Assembly: GCA_964035545.1 (NCBI GenBank)
Contig: OZ037765.1
Coordinates: 34,223,504 to 34,287,503, forward strand
Length of the DNA stretch: 64,000 nt
Origin: Bugula neritina
Taxonomy: Eukaryota > Animalia > Bryozoa
Direction of reading: 5' to 3'
Shown: positions 52,001-62,474 of the stretch, in pieces
How positions within the stretch are numbered: the first letter of the stretch is position 1
How the letters are laid out: each line of letters opens with the position of its first letter
Program-made: the position numbers and the translations under genes
The notes under the pieces: generated by a model
What the model was told of the DNA's origin: nothing
Seen by the model: the letters and a program-made list of their open reading frames with translations, nothing else
The model's database searches: none

Positions 52001-55000
52001 TGCTAGAGTCAAAATTTAAAAACTATGTTGTAAATCTTCTTTTTCTCCAGTGCAACTTTTTTGGAAATTTCAATTTTCATTTTTTTTGCAAAGTTATAGA
52101 CAAAAACTGTCCAATTTTGGCCAATTTTGCCAAAAAAGCTGACTTTTCAGTGCCAGTAAAATATCTCAGCAGCAAAAGATGATATCTGAATAGAAATTGC
52201 ACTGCTGGAATCCTGCGATATTTCTCCAGTGCAGCTTTTTTTCTTTTTCCAATAACTCTGCTAGATTGCTCATAAATTGGTGATTTATACACTGAAAATG
52301 CCATATTTTTTCATGAGAAACTAGCAGCGCGCAGCACTTCACGCTTCAATGAGCACGTAGGGATGAGAAGATATTGGCGCGTACATATTAATTATAGGCT
52401 TGCTAGCTGGCAGGCTATAATGAAAAGCTCGCTTTGTGTTATGTTTATGTAGCACCCATAATGGAATGTTGATAGATAACGCAGCCCTAATGAAGGTTGC
52501 TGCTTATTGGTTGTAGTTTAATCTTAGGCTAAACAAATGCAAGTAGGCAAGACGCATGCCACCCGCAGAGCAAAATTATTCAAGAACCTGAACTACATTT
52601 TGAGAGAAATTTATGTTATTCTTAGTGAGGATGCCCTAACTATCCTGTGCATATTATTTTACCATAATCAGAGTGACTTATAATATTATTATAATTATGT
52701 CTATTATGAGATATATTATAATGTTATACTGAGATATATCATAATGTTATACTGAGATATATTATAATGTTATACGGAGATATATTATAATATTATTATA
52801 CTGAGATATAATATTATAATATTATACTGAGATATATTATAATATTATACTGAGATATAATATAATGTTATACTGAGGTATATTATAATGTTACACTGAG
52901 ATATATTGTAATGTTATACTGAGATATAATCTACTGTTATACTGAGATATAATATAATGTTATACTGAGATATAATATAATATTATACTGAGATATATTA
53001 TAATGTTATACTGAGGTATATTATAATGTTATACTGAGATATACTATAATGTTATGCTGAGTTATATTATAATATTATACTGAGATATATTATATAATAC
53101 TATACTGAGATACAATATAATGTTATACTCAGATATATTATAATGTTATACTGAGATATATTGTAATGTTGTACTGAGATATATTATAATGTCATACTGA
53201 GATATATTATAATGTTATACTGAGATATATTATAATGTTGTAATGATATATATTATAAAATTATACTGAGATATATTATAATGTTATACTGAGATATATT
53301 ATTATAATAGTAGTCAATCCACAGTTACTGTGTGATGCAATGCATCGTTTGCCTGCTCCAATTTGTATCAAACACCAGGGAGTGTAACTCCTAACAGCTA
53401 TAAAATACAATTACTAAACTACAAAAATTGTCGAGAATTTTATATATTTACTACAGTGGTATTATCTTACAACGTATATTATGGAATTTTAATATTGATA
53501 TGTTTATACAAAAGCTTTTTTAAAACAACAATTGTATTTTTGTCAGCATACAGATTCTACAGAAGTTAAAGCTACTGGACATATCGTCAAGTAACTTCAC
53601 CAATTTACCATCTCCTGTGTACACATTGAGTAGTCTGCAAGAACTGAATATATCCTTCAATTCCTCCCTGACATCCTTAGATCCTGAGATACTACAGCTA
53701 ACTCAACTTCGTTCACTGGATGTTAGACATTGTGATGCTCTCACCTCTCCTCCACCAGAAGTATGTGAGAGAGGAGAAGATGTTGTGAGACAATACTACA
53801 CAGACTTGGCTAAAGGTGCTGGTAGAAGTCTTCCATTTGCTACTATAGCTGTGCTGGGTAACACTATGGCTGGGAAGACCAGTCTGATCAGAACATTACA
53901 GAATGCTGACAGAAAGAGAGTTCTGACCAACAGAGGGCCAGATGCTGTGAGAGATGAGACAACAAAGGTGTTTAATGTTGAAGAGGTGGAGGTGGATGGT
54001 ACAGTACTCCGTGTCATTGATATGGGAGGCCAGGAGGTCTACCATATCACCTATCAACTGACACTGAAACAGAACTGTATTCCAGTCATAGTAGTCAACA
54101 TGGAACAGTATGATGAGATTTCAAATAAATCAACACACAGAGAAGCTGTTAGAAGATTAGCCTTTGATTACATGTCTCACCTCTACCTGGCTAACCCAAC
54201 TCTGGGTGCTCCAAAACTTATCTTCACACATAAAGATAAGTTTCAAACTGCAGAGTTTCAGAAGCTTCGAAAGAACTTTCTAGATACTTCAAATCAACTG
54301 TGTGAGAAGATGATTAGCGAAGAGAAAGTATTGGGTGGAGAATTTGCTCAAATCAAACATTTTAGTGAATCAACTGAAGGAGTCTTTTCTGGTGAGGACA
54401 TTTATGAGGTGGGGGAAGATGATCAGTATGAAGTGTTTGACCTGATCAAGGAGTCTCTTCTTCAAAGCAGTCAACATTTCGTGAAACCATTACCTTTGGT
54501 CTGGGAGGAAGTAAATGAAAAAGTGCTGTCTTTTTCCTCTGTGTACAGCACTTTTGATGAAATACTGAAGTACGTGCAAACCGAACTTCAACAAATTGAG
54601 TCAAGTCAGCTGGACATAATCCTCACATACATGCATGACTGCGGCAAAGTCTTGTGGTATAAAGATATCAAGTCTCTCGGGCTATACATATTCCACAAGA
54701 TTTCAGAAGTTACCAAACTTCTCTGTGTCCTGTATCATCATGATCCTAACATCTGGCAGAGTAGAGTTAACAAGTTCCAGCTGTGCTATTCACAGGATGG
54801 GATGCCTGTTGAGAAGCAGGACTTTGAGGAATCTGTTAATCATTTCACAAACACTGGTTTGATGATGCAATCTCTTCTTGTCTATTTGATTCAAAATGAA
54901 ACAGTATTCCACAGTTCTGAGAATGTTGAAGTTGCTATCTGCTTGCTCAAGACATTCCGTTTGCTGCATGGTCCAATACATAGCAAGTCTGAAGACCCAT

Positions 55001-58000
55001 GGTTCATTGTACCTCAGTTTGCTAAGAACTACTACAGCACTTCTTACTTACCACCCAAAGACATGCTGCTTCATGTTGAGACACAATTCAATGGTCTAGC
55101 CCTGCCACACTATGTCTACCACCAAATGACAGTTGGCTTGTTGGAGTTGTTTCCCGGTGACTGTCCCAGGATAAAAGTGAGAAGAAATGGCGCCAATGTC
55201 TATCAAGATGGTATCTACACACAGCTGGTACACGACTACAAATCTAGAAAAATGTCACTCTACGTATCATCTAATGCTGCCAACATCAGCAGAATGTGGG
55301 AGAGACTCATCACCAACAACAACAACATCCTTAAACATGTTCTAAAAACTTGGCCAGCAAGTAGAGCTGTCACTACATGCTACTGTGCTCACTGTCTTCT
55401 GCTAGGACTTTCTTGTCCTAAGAAGGTGCAAAGACCTCCATGGTGTCTTCGTTCTTTACAACATTCTACACCAAGTTCCAGACTGTGTAGTGGAACTTCA
55501 ACAACTCTGTGTGGTGATGAGGAGATCCCAAGTGCTCTGCTCTACCCATGTATGTTTATTTGCATTATGGTGCGGTGCCTGTAAAATTATATTTTACTGC
55601 AATTCACCACATGTGTGCATTTATTTGGAAAGGAATTATTCATTGATATAACTAGGATAATAGTGTGATTTCACGACACCCGACTGTATTTACAAGCAAT
55701 TCATTGTTTCAGGTGAACCACTGTCTGAACGAGAAGCTGATAAGTTGGAGAAGTTTGTGAAGGAACTGGATGTTCGAAGAGCTCAAGAAAGATCAGCTCA
55801 TTCTGGTGAATACAAAGTGACCAGTTTTTACAAACTTGTGTTCTTTAAAAGTTTTACTTTATTGAAAGATCTTCTCACAAGAAATTCCTGCATTGCATCT
55901 GAATACCAAACTGCTAGCTATCATTTATTATGTTTTTTACTTATTCCTTTTGTAGCTAAGTATTGTAGTCGGTTTATACTTTATAGCCGCCGACAGTAGC
56001 CAATCAGATCTCCTGACCACCGCAATAACAGCCAATGACGATCTCAGTGATCTCTCTGATGATGATGAGAATCTGTACCCTGATGGAAAGGAAGTTGAAG
56101 ATATGAAGTTTATAAGACTCAGACTGAATCCCACCAGTAACCCAAAGATAGGACAGCTGTTCTCAAACACTGACAAGGTGATCACTTCTAATGTCTATGT
56201 GCTTTATTCTTGCCAGTTGTTTATTTCAGCAGTAACAAATATTTCTCTGTTACATCCAGGTGTTTACTATGACTAGAAAAAGAGGAAGAGCTCTGATAAT
56301 AAACAACATGAACTTTGATAAGAGACCAAATTTGTGTAGGAAAGGTTCAGATGTAGATGTTGAGAATATGTCTGCCATGTTGAAATCTCTCAAGTTTGAT
56401 GTCGTGACACACACAGACCTGAAGGCTGAGGTATGTTTTGCTGCTGCTTTACTTATAAAAATGGAACTTTTTGTTAGTTTAAAAAAGCATCCATATACAG
56501 TATTTTACCATCCGATACTTTCTAGGAAATGCTGTCTGCTGTTCAATATGAGGTGGAAAAAGAGGAACACGAAGATCTGGGATGTCATGTGTTGGTTATC
56601 ATGACTCATGGAGGGCTGAACAATCACATCTATGGTACAGATCTGAAACGAGTCAAACTAACAGATGTGTATGACCTTCTGACCCCTTTGAACTTCCCAA
56701 GAATGGCTGGCAAACCAAAGGTTGTTATACTGGAAGTCTGTAGTGGAGGTAATCAGTCTATACAACATTTGTGGTTACTTCAGAGTTGTGTTCTCTTGAC
56801 TGTTAGTAAATGATTAAGTGTGTCTATATTGCTGTGTATTTATGCTATTCACTAATTTATATGTGGGTATTTAAGACTAAAGCTGATAACTGCTGAAGTA
56901 GCGTAGGGTCAAGTGTGACGTGACGTGCTAGAAAACCCGTTTAGGCCAAAAAAAAGTTTTTATGCGTCTAACATGCTGAGAGAGAATTCCGGCAAGCTTG
57001 TGCGTGTTTGATCTAATTGGCTTGTTATAATTTAGTGAGCACACTGTTTTTTATCTTAATTCAAAGTTTAGCTTTTAGCGAACTGAATTAAAACAGTTTC
57101 ATATATATCAAAAGTCGATGACGTAGAACAAATGTCTGAAGGTGAGCAGTAAAGTTCAAAGCTAATATCATTAGCTAATAAATTTCTGCACTGGCAACGC
57201 ACACATTGTGGCCCTACGCTAGAGTCTTCATAGCTTTATGAAATAGAGTACATAAGTACATAAGTACATAACGTGACAAATACTAAGCATGCAACCTAAC
57301 TTTCCAAGTGCTACTACCTAACTGTGCTCTGCTGATGCACTCTGCTAATGATCTTGCATCATTAGCTCTATCCCAAGCATTAGCTCTATCTCAAGCATTA
57401 GCTCCATCCCAAAGCATTAGCTCTATTCCAAGCATTAGCTCCATCCCAAAGCATTAGCTCTATTCCAAGCATTAGCTCCAGCTAGTGATGCACTCTGCTA
57501 ATGACCTCTTCGATTTTCCACAGATCGAGATAGCGCAACAATGTATTAGGTATTAGCTGAGTAGCAGAGTTAGCGTAGGAGTTGTCCTTTCACCACAATA
57601 TACCTAATTTCAGAGTTATCTATATGTTTTTCTATTTGACATTATGTATTTATACTCATCATTCCAAATAAATATAAAACTATGTGATCTGTATTACAGA
57701 GAGAAGTGATTATGGCCAAAGAGGTATAGACAGATTTGATATCGGAGAATCACCGAAGGAGGGGGAGAGTATCTCACCTCCACTTGCTAAAGTTCCTGGA
57801 GACAAAGATGCTGAGGCTATGAATAGACTGAACTATGATGACCTGCTAGTAGTGAAATCTAGCATGGAGTGTAAGTAAAGCACATGTAATAGAGTATTAG
57901 GTTACACCGATGCCATACATACACTGGTGTTATTAATAATTGTAGGATAGTTCACATTATTGACTCTACTTGTAGCATTCATAGCAAAGGTTCACCCTGT

Positions 58001-58348
58001 GTATGGATCTCTAATGATTAGAGCTCTTGTATCTTCCATGTATAAACATGCCTGTCACCATGACCTCTACACTATATTCAAACAGGTGAGTATATTGTTA
58101 CTATGTTAGAGGCTTTTGGAGGCGTGTCATAAATAGGTTATTTAGAATAATCTGGTACAGAATAGTCAGATTTCACTGTTGAGTTGCTAAACATTCTTCA
58201 GGTACAGACTAAAGTGAGAAAAGTCTGCTTAGATAAAAATCTAGAGAGTGGAGGACAGCTGGTTGTAGTCTGGGATACTCTCACTCATATGAGAAAACTT
58301 TACCTGTTTCCTGGGTTTAATGGCTGCAAAAGAGAAGATGACTCTTAG
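28058..58348 (+). CDS. Gene B: myristoylated LRR-ROC-COR-caspase paralogue, apparently intact (~1454 aa)
   Basis: Exons 28058-28076, 28445-28673, LRR cassettes 28894-29037, 31976-32119, 32568-32711, 42047-42190, 50616-50759, 51134-51277, 51650-51793, [putative micro-exon 53325-53331], 53554-55549, 55713-55805, 55987-56177, 56260-56430, 56526-56748, 57700-57870, 57976-58085, 58202-58348 (TAG). Same intron phases as gene A. Motifs [59 protein letters not shown]. Confidence 0.87.
29399..31960. mobile_element. Non-autonomous DNA transposon, CAC..GTG termini, 2-bp TSD (TA); CACTA/EnSpm(CMC)-like, copy 1
   Basis: TIR CACAGTTAGTTTAAGGTCA / TGACCTTAAACCAACTGTG. It interrupts the conserved intron end ctacctgTA|tgttatgttacag, 15 nt before LRR exon 31976. 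Confidence 0.85.
34826..35974 (-). pseudogene. Ubiquitin-specific protease (peptidase C19)-like spliced gene fragments inside the MULE-like element
   Basis: Minus-strand exon 35974-35885 encodes [20 protein letters not shown] (Cys box). ~35520-35480 encodes [13 protein letters not shown] (QxD box). ORF 35107-35310 has KCHFC..LLPVPL and ORF 34826-35011 has [12 protein letters not shown]. No clear GHY His box. Confidence 0.75.
36401..40785 (-). mobile_element. Intact Ty3/Gypsy LTR retrotransposon (Mag-like)
   Basis: Identical 152-bp TG..CA LTRs (36401-36552, 40634-40785), 5-bp TSD CTTAT, PBS TGGTGGCCAGTACG (tRNA-Ile-like 3' end), PPT AGAAAGGGAGG. Confidence 0.97.
36733..40551 (-). CDS. Gag-pol polyprotein (2x CCHC knuckle, protease LDTGA, RT HMDD, RNase H, integrase HHCC/DDE)
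   Basis: Uninterrupted ORF 36733-40566; first ATG (MAKF) at 40551; domain order PR-RT-RH-IN. Confidence 0.96.
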   Translation of the reverse strand: MAKFNPPKEFDFDPSGWAEWFARWSRYRTLSKLNQEEEQLQVDSFLYCMGNKSESIFNGLALSDEDVKNYQKVSEAFQKYFSPRKYVIYERARFFRRCQQQGETVEQYVRSLNDIADRCDFSNRSEQMRDRIVVGITDTNCSREMQKMNVEDLTEEVAINMARQFEQVDKNIKDLTESHTQGSTSSTSVDAVSKFSSSGSHTNKSHKHSSKSNSTRQTNNSTPCGRCGYVNHTRGTCPAKDCKCKRCGKLGHYAKMCKSKPASQVQQVEEEVDSVFLGEIAESNVGVWTKTIVVDKLDFPVQFKLDTGADVSILPQRLCSNVPLVKTKKQFLGPGNTKIPVVGCFNAKLSVGSITHTETIYVVNQTKALLSRNACVKLGLISCKCDIDSVTNVTDNSVFCREFPKLFSGLGKMNHTVGIELRSECKPFAINTPRSVPYPLLSSVKQELSDMVAKGVISPVSEPTDWCAPMVVVPKANRKVRICVDYTELNKVVRREVHPMAHVESSLAKLGNGNFFTVLDANSGFYQIPLSPKAKMLTTFLSPFGRFAFNRLPFGLSSSPELYCKIVSQVLEGLDGVVCHMDDVCIWGKSQEEHDSRVRAVLRRMVDAGMTLNVEKCKFSRSSIRFLGHVISSSGIRANPEAIQGIESFATPTCVKDVRSFLGMANQLSKFSTRLGELSAPLRELLHKNTPWIWDVAQKQAFCDIKKELQRSVELAPYSPHRETVIHTDASQCSIGAALFQYQDNGELRLVCAASRALSETEKRYATIEQEALAVVWACEKFRDYIVGLRVVIKTDHKPLVPLLNDIELDKNPARIQRFRMRLMRFQYHMEHISGKKNVIADALSRSVGPISEADVMFMEEVELFAVSALHNTATSPRLKELKVQQENDEVLSRVLQYVRSGWPTYLPSHEILLRPYFECRSRLSTIEDVLVLDSRIVIPHAERLAVLDKIHSGHLGITKCRSRAAQSVWWPNMSQQIAEMVKKCESCRKESNVQQYSLLRSEFPSRPWEKLGSDLFYFDSKWFLLVVDYYSRFIEVALLEDLTSSKVILHLKSIFARHGVPEVLISDNGVQYASEEFKSFARKFGFTHVTSSPKHPQGNGAAERAVQTVKNILKKGQDPYLGLMAYRSSPLENGVSPAELLMGRKLRTTVPSLPSVLAPKQPNVERVKQKEAHARAQSKDTFDLRHRVVVPPSLSPGDRVHVRDLNRDAEVVSTSPGRPRSIVVKSTNGVPLRRNVTNLVPLQTTELSDDNNVARKSSFGRTIKPRQILDL
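42393..50363 (-). mobile_element. Degenerate Ty3/Gypsy LTR retrotransposon (Gypsy-2) with nested CAC..GTG element
   Basis: Diverged LTRs 42393-42673 and 50055-50363; TSD CAGG/AAGG; PBS TGGTGGCAGCGGTGGGATC (tRNA-Leu-like); PPT GGAGGGGGCAG. Frameshifted gag, protease (LLDSG), RT/RNase H (47146-48117, YLDD) and truncated integrase (HKQAH..C, 43749-44012). Confidence 0.93.
44548..47128. mobile_element. Same CAC..GTG element, copy 2, inverted relative to copy 1, TSD TG, inserted in the Gypsy-2 RNase H region
   Basis: Near-identical reverse complement of 29399-31960 (ORF 30597-30800+ recurs as 45727-45930-). Flanked TG..TG. Confidence 0.88.
51896..52649. mobile_element. MITE, CACAGGATAG..CTATCCTGTG, 2-bp TSD CA (CACTA/EnSpm-like)
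   Basis: TIRs and TSD visible; a diverged inverted relative lies at 59213-59828. Confidence 0.75.
52707..53307. repeat. ~23-bp satellite (ACTGAGATATATTATAATGTTAT)n in the gene B intron before the ROC exon
   Basis: Direct reading. Confidence 0.93.
53554..55549 (+). CDS. Gene B large exon: last LRRs + ROC GTPase + COR
   Basis: ORF 53617-55584, collinear with the gene A exon (two codons shorter), same motifs. Confidence 0.92.
56260..58348 (+). CDS. Gene B caspase (peptidase C14) domain exons
   Basis: [22 protein letters not shown]; LVIMTHG; [14 protein letters not shown]; DDLLVV; YGSLMIRAL; RKLYLFPG. Confidence 0.9.
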
Positions 58349-59099
58349 AGTAGACTATGGAGAGAATGACAATTTAGACATATATTCATATGTCCTGGTT
58401 ATCTTAGCTCCATAGTTATGTCTGTATACAAATATATTGTATGCATTTCTTGTAGTATGGATGTGTCATTGTAAGACTACAGAGTAGTTTATTCATTACA
58501 TTGTCATATGATACACAGTTATACAGTTTTATACTATTATTCTGTTTTACTTCTGTTTGCTAGTTTATATATTATAACCTGAGTGGTGTACGCTAGTAGT
58601 TCTCATGTTACTCTTACAATAGACTAAGTTTTATCATAACTAGCTAAACCAAGGACACCAGGCAATAGACTATTACACTGTTATTTGGTTTATTACAGCT
58701 TTTCTTAGTATCTGTCACTTTATAACCAGTTGACAACACATTGATTTAGAACAGTGTAATAGTCATGACGATAGTTCACCAGATTAAAATACACGAACCA
58801 TATTTTCTTGGCCGAACTATAGTTACACCAATTTTAGTATTATTTAGTTGACTAATGTTACATGAAAGACCATCGCTTAGCAGTTTAATTCTCTTATTTC
58901 TATTCAAGTTGCTTGTTTTTAGAGATCAGTCAAAACTGGACTTGTATTTTATTCCATTTATGCAGTTTTTATATCAGAAGTGATTGTGTGATTTTATAAA
59001 TATATTATATTATACTATATTATATCTACTCTATATACTATACTATATCTACTCTATATACTATACTATATCTACTCTATACTATATAGTATATCTACT

Positions 59100-60936
59100 C
59101 AGGGATGTAGTGGTACCCATACGGTCCCATACGCCGTATGACCTAGAAGAAAATAGACGGTTCTAGGCCATACGCCCGTATGGGCATAATTAGTTTTGAA
59201 AGATGATTAGTGCACAGGATAGTTTGGGCATCCTCACTGAGAATATCATAAATTTTGCTCACAATCTAATTTAAGTTCTTGTTAAGTTAATGCTATGTGG
59301 GTGGCATGCGTGTTGCCTACTTGTGATTGTTTAGCCTGAGATTACACTATGAATAATAAGCAGCTATCAACATTCCATTTTCTTATCTCTACGTGTTCAC
59401 TGAAGCGCGAAGTGCTGCGCATTAGTGATTACTAAGGAAAAAATATGTCTATGAAGTCTATGAAGGCTATTGAAAAGATAAAAAAGTTTGCTATGCATAA
59501 ATTTCTCAGGTTTTCGACAGTGTTTGTTTTATTCGAATACTATGCTTTCCTGCTGAGATATTTGGCAGGGATTGAAAAATAAACTTTTCAGGTAAAATTG
59601 CCCAAAATAGTAGATTTTTGTCTATAACCTTGCGAAAAAAATATTGAAAATTCGAAAAATCAGGTGCTCTGAGGAACAGGAAGATCTAAAACATAGTTTT
59701 TAAATTTTAATTCTAGCACAATTAAGTACGGTTTTATTTGGCGGGACTGAATTCTTATAATATACCAATAATGTGGCCTCAGCAAGGCTGTGACAGCTAG
59801 AAGGTTAATTGCCCTTATCTATCTTGTGTAGACTTGCATTTTGTCAATAAGCAATGGAATTTGGAAAAAGCCAACATGAAATCCAGAAATAAAATCAAAA
59901 TGTCTTCAAGAAACAGTACCAGCGGCACCTGTAGACCTCAGTGATAAATTTTCATTAGCCTATCCTACACATGTGTAGGAGAGGCTAATGAAAATTTATC
60001 ACTGAGGCCTACAGGTACTATATCCACATTTTGGTCAAAAGCCTAGCGTTATTGCATGTTAATTATTAATGCAATGAGGTTTTGCAAACTGTACACCACC
60101 ATAAGTAACCTTTTATGTTTGATTGTACTAACGTCTGGCTTTACATTTAATCATCTTCTAGGTTAACACATATTAAACCTGTCAAATTTGTTCTTTTGGG
60201 GATATTTCCTTGATGTATCTAGTGGAAGCTCAGGGGTTTTATTTTAAAACCAAGTTAACATACTCTTCTTTGGTGTGCTTTATTGTGTGTAAGGAGGTGT
60301 GGCGGTATCACCTTATGGATTAGACTAGTACTCTAATAAACTCCAAGTAGGTTTTCAACCAATTTCTGCTTGCCAATGAGTTATCAATTCAAATTGCTCT
60401 TTATAAATAACCAACGCACATTTTCTGATTAGCAATCTTCCTCTGTTTTGATCTATTATTCTTTTTCTGTGCACGGCAGTGTATTAGTTATTTAAAGTAA
60501 TCAGGTTGCATTTGGAGAGCACTTGTTACCTGCCTCTATATTCTTCCATCTTTTTGAGATATTCAGCAATTTTTCTGTACAGGTTGGACTTAGTGTCAGA
60601 ATAAACCTAACTGCAGTTGAGTAAGACTACAATACATTACGTCATTACAGTCAACAAGTATGGGACAAGACTGAATATTTATATAGTTTGCAGCAATGCC
60701 CTGTCGTCATGTAGCTGGTATGGTATGAAAATAATAGTGAGGTGCACATTTCAACACAGATTTTTTTCAGAAGAATTATAATTCACAATGGCTTTAAATT
60801 GCATAAATTTGCATCAGAAGCGCTCTGAGGGCTTCGGCAGCCGGGGCGCTGCCCCGGACCCCGCCGGGGGCCTGGGCAGCTCCCTGGACCCCGGCCTGAG
60901 AGTATGGCCTAGAATATTTTTGCCACTACATCCCTG
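59100..60936. mobile_element. Non-autonomous hAT-like element with nested MITE (59213-59828)
   Basis: TIR CAGGGATGTAGTGG / CCACTACATCCCTG; 8-bp TSD TATCTACT; GC-rich subterminal block 60826-60900. Confidence 0.85.
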
Positions 60937-62325
60937 TATCTACTCTATATGTATACTATACTATATCTACTCTATACACTATACTACATCTACTCTATAC
61001 ACTATACTATATCTACTCTATACACTATACTATATCTACTCTATACACTATACTATATCTACTCTATACACTATACTATATCTACTCTATACACTATACT
61101 ATATCTATACTCTATACACTATACTATATCTACTCTATACACTATACTATATCTACTCTATACACTATACTATATCTACTCTATACACTATACTATATCT
61201 ACTCTATACACTATACTATATCTACTCTATACACTATACTATATCTACTCTATACACTATACTATATCTATACTCTATACACTATACTATATCTACTCTA
61301 TACACTATACTATATCTACTCTATACACTATACTATATCAACTCTATACACTATACTATATCTACTCTATACACTATACTATATCTACTCTATACACTAT
61401 ACTATATCTATACTCTATACACTATACTATATCTACTCTATACACTATACTATATCTACTCTATACACTATACTATATCTACTCTATACACTATACTATA
61501 TCTACTCTATACACTATACTATATCTACTCTATACTATACTATAAATACTCTATACACTATACTATATCTACTCTATACACTATACTATATCTACTCTAT
61601 ATACTATACTATATCTACTCTATATACTATACTATATCTACTCTGTACACTATACTATATCTACTCTATACACTATACTATATCTATACTCTATACACTA
61701 TACTATATCTACTCTATACACTATACTATATCTACTCTATACACTATACTATATCTATACTCTATACACCATACTATATCTACTCTATACACTATACTAT
61801 ATCTACTCTATACACTACATTATATCTACTCTATACTATACTATATCTACTCTGTACACTATACTATATCTACTCTATACACTATACTATATCTATACTC
61901 TATACACTATACTATATCTATACTCTATACACCATACTATATCTACTCTATACACTATACTATATCTACTCTATACACTACATTATATCTACTCTATACT
62001 ATACTATATCTACTCTGTACACTATACTATATCTACTCTATACACTATACTATATCTACTCTATACATTATACTATATCTACTCTATACACTATACTATA
62101 TCTACTCTATACACTATACTATATCTACTCTATACACTATACTATATCTACTCTATACACTGTACTATATCTACTCTATACATTATACTATATCTACTCT
62201 ATACATTATACTATATCTATACTCTATACACGATACTATATCTACTCTATATACTATACTACATCTACTCTATACACTATACTATATCTATACTCTATAC
62301 ACGATACTGTATTAACTCTATACTA
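60937..62325. repeat. ~23-bp satellite (TATCTACTCTATACACTATACTA)n; short counterparts at ~17720-17882 and ~59010-59099
   Basis: Direct reading; explains the 529-aa Y/T/I/L ORF. Confidence 0.95.
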
Positions 62326-62474
62326 TATATCGAGGGCTACTGAAAGGGAATATTTCATGGCGAGGGCCACATTGTAAAATTTAACTTGGGCTGGAGGCCA
62401 CAGCATCTGTAATTTAAAATAACTCTATTCCAAATGCCTGTGAATCATTACACAATGAAGTCCCAATAATTAGG

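Noticed and set aside
60788-62377. 529-aa ORF rich in Y/T/I/L
   Set aside because: Translation of a stop-free 23-bp satellite plus a transposon end; no domain content.
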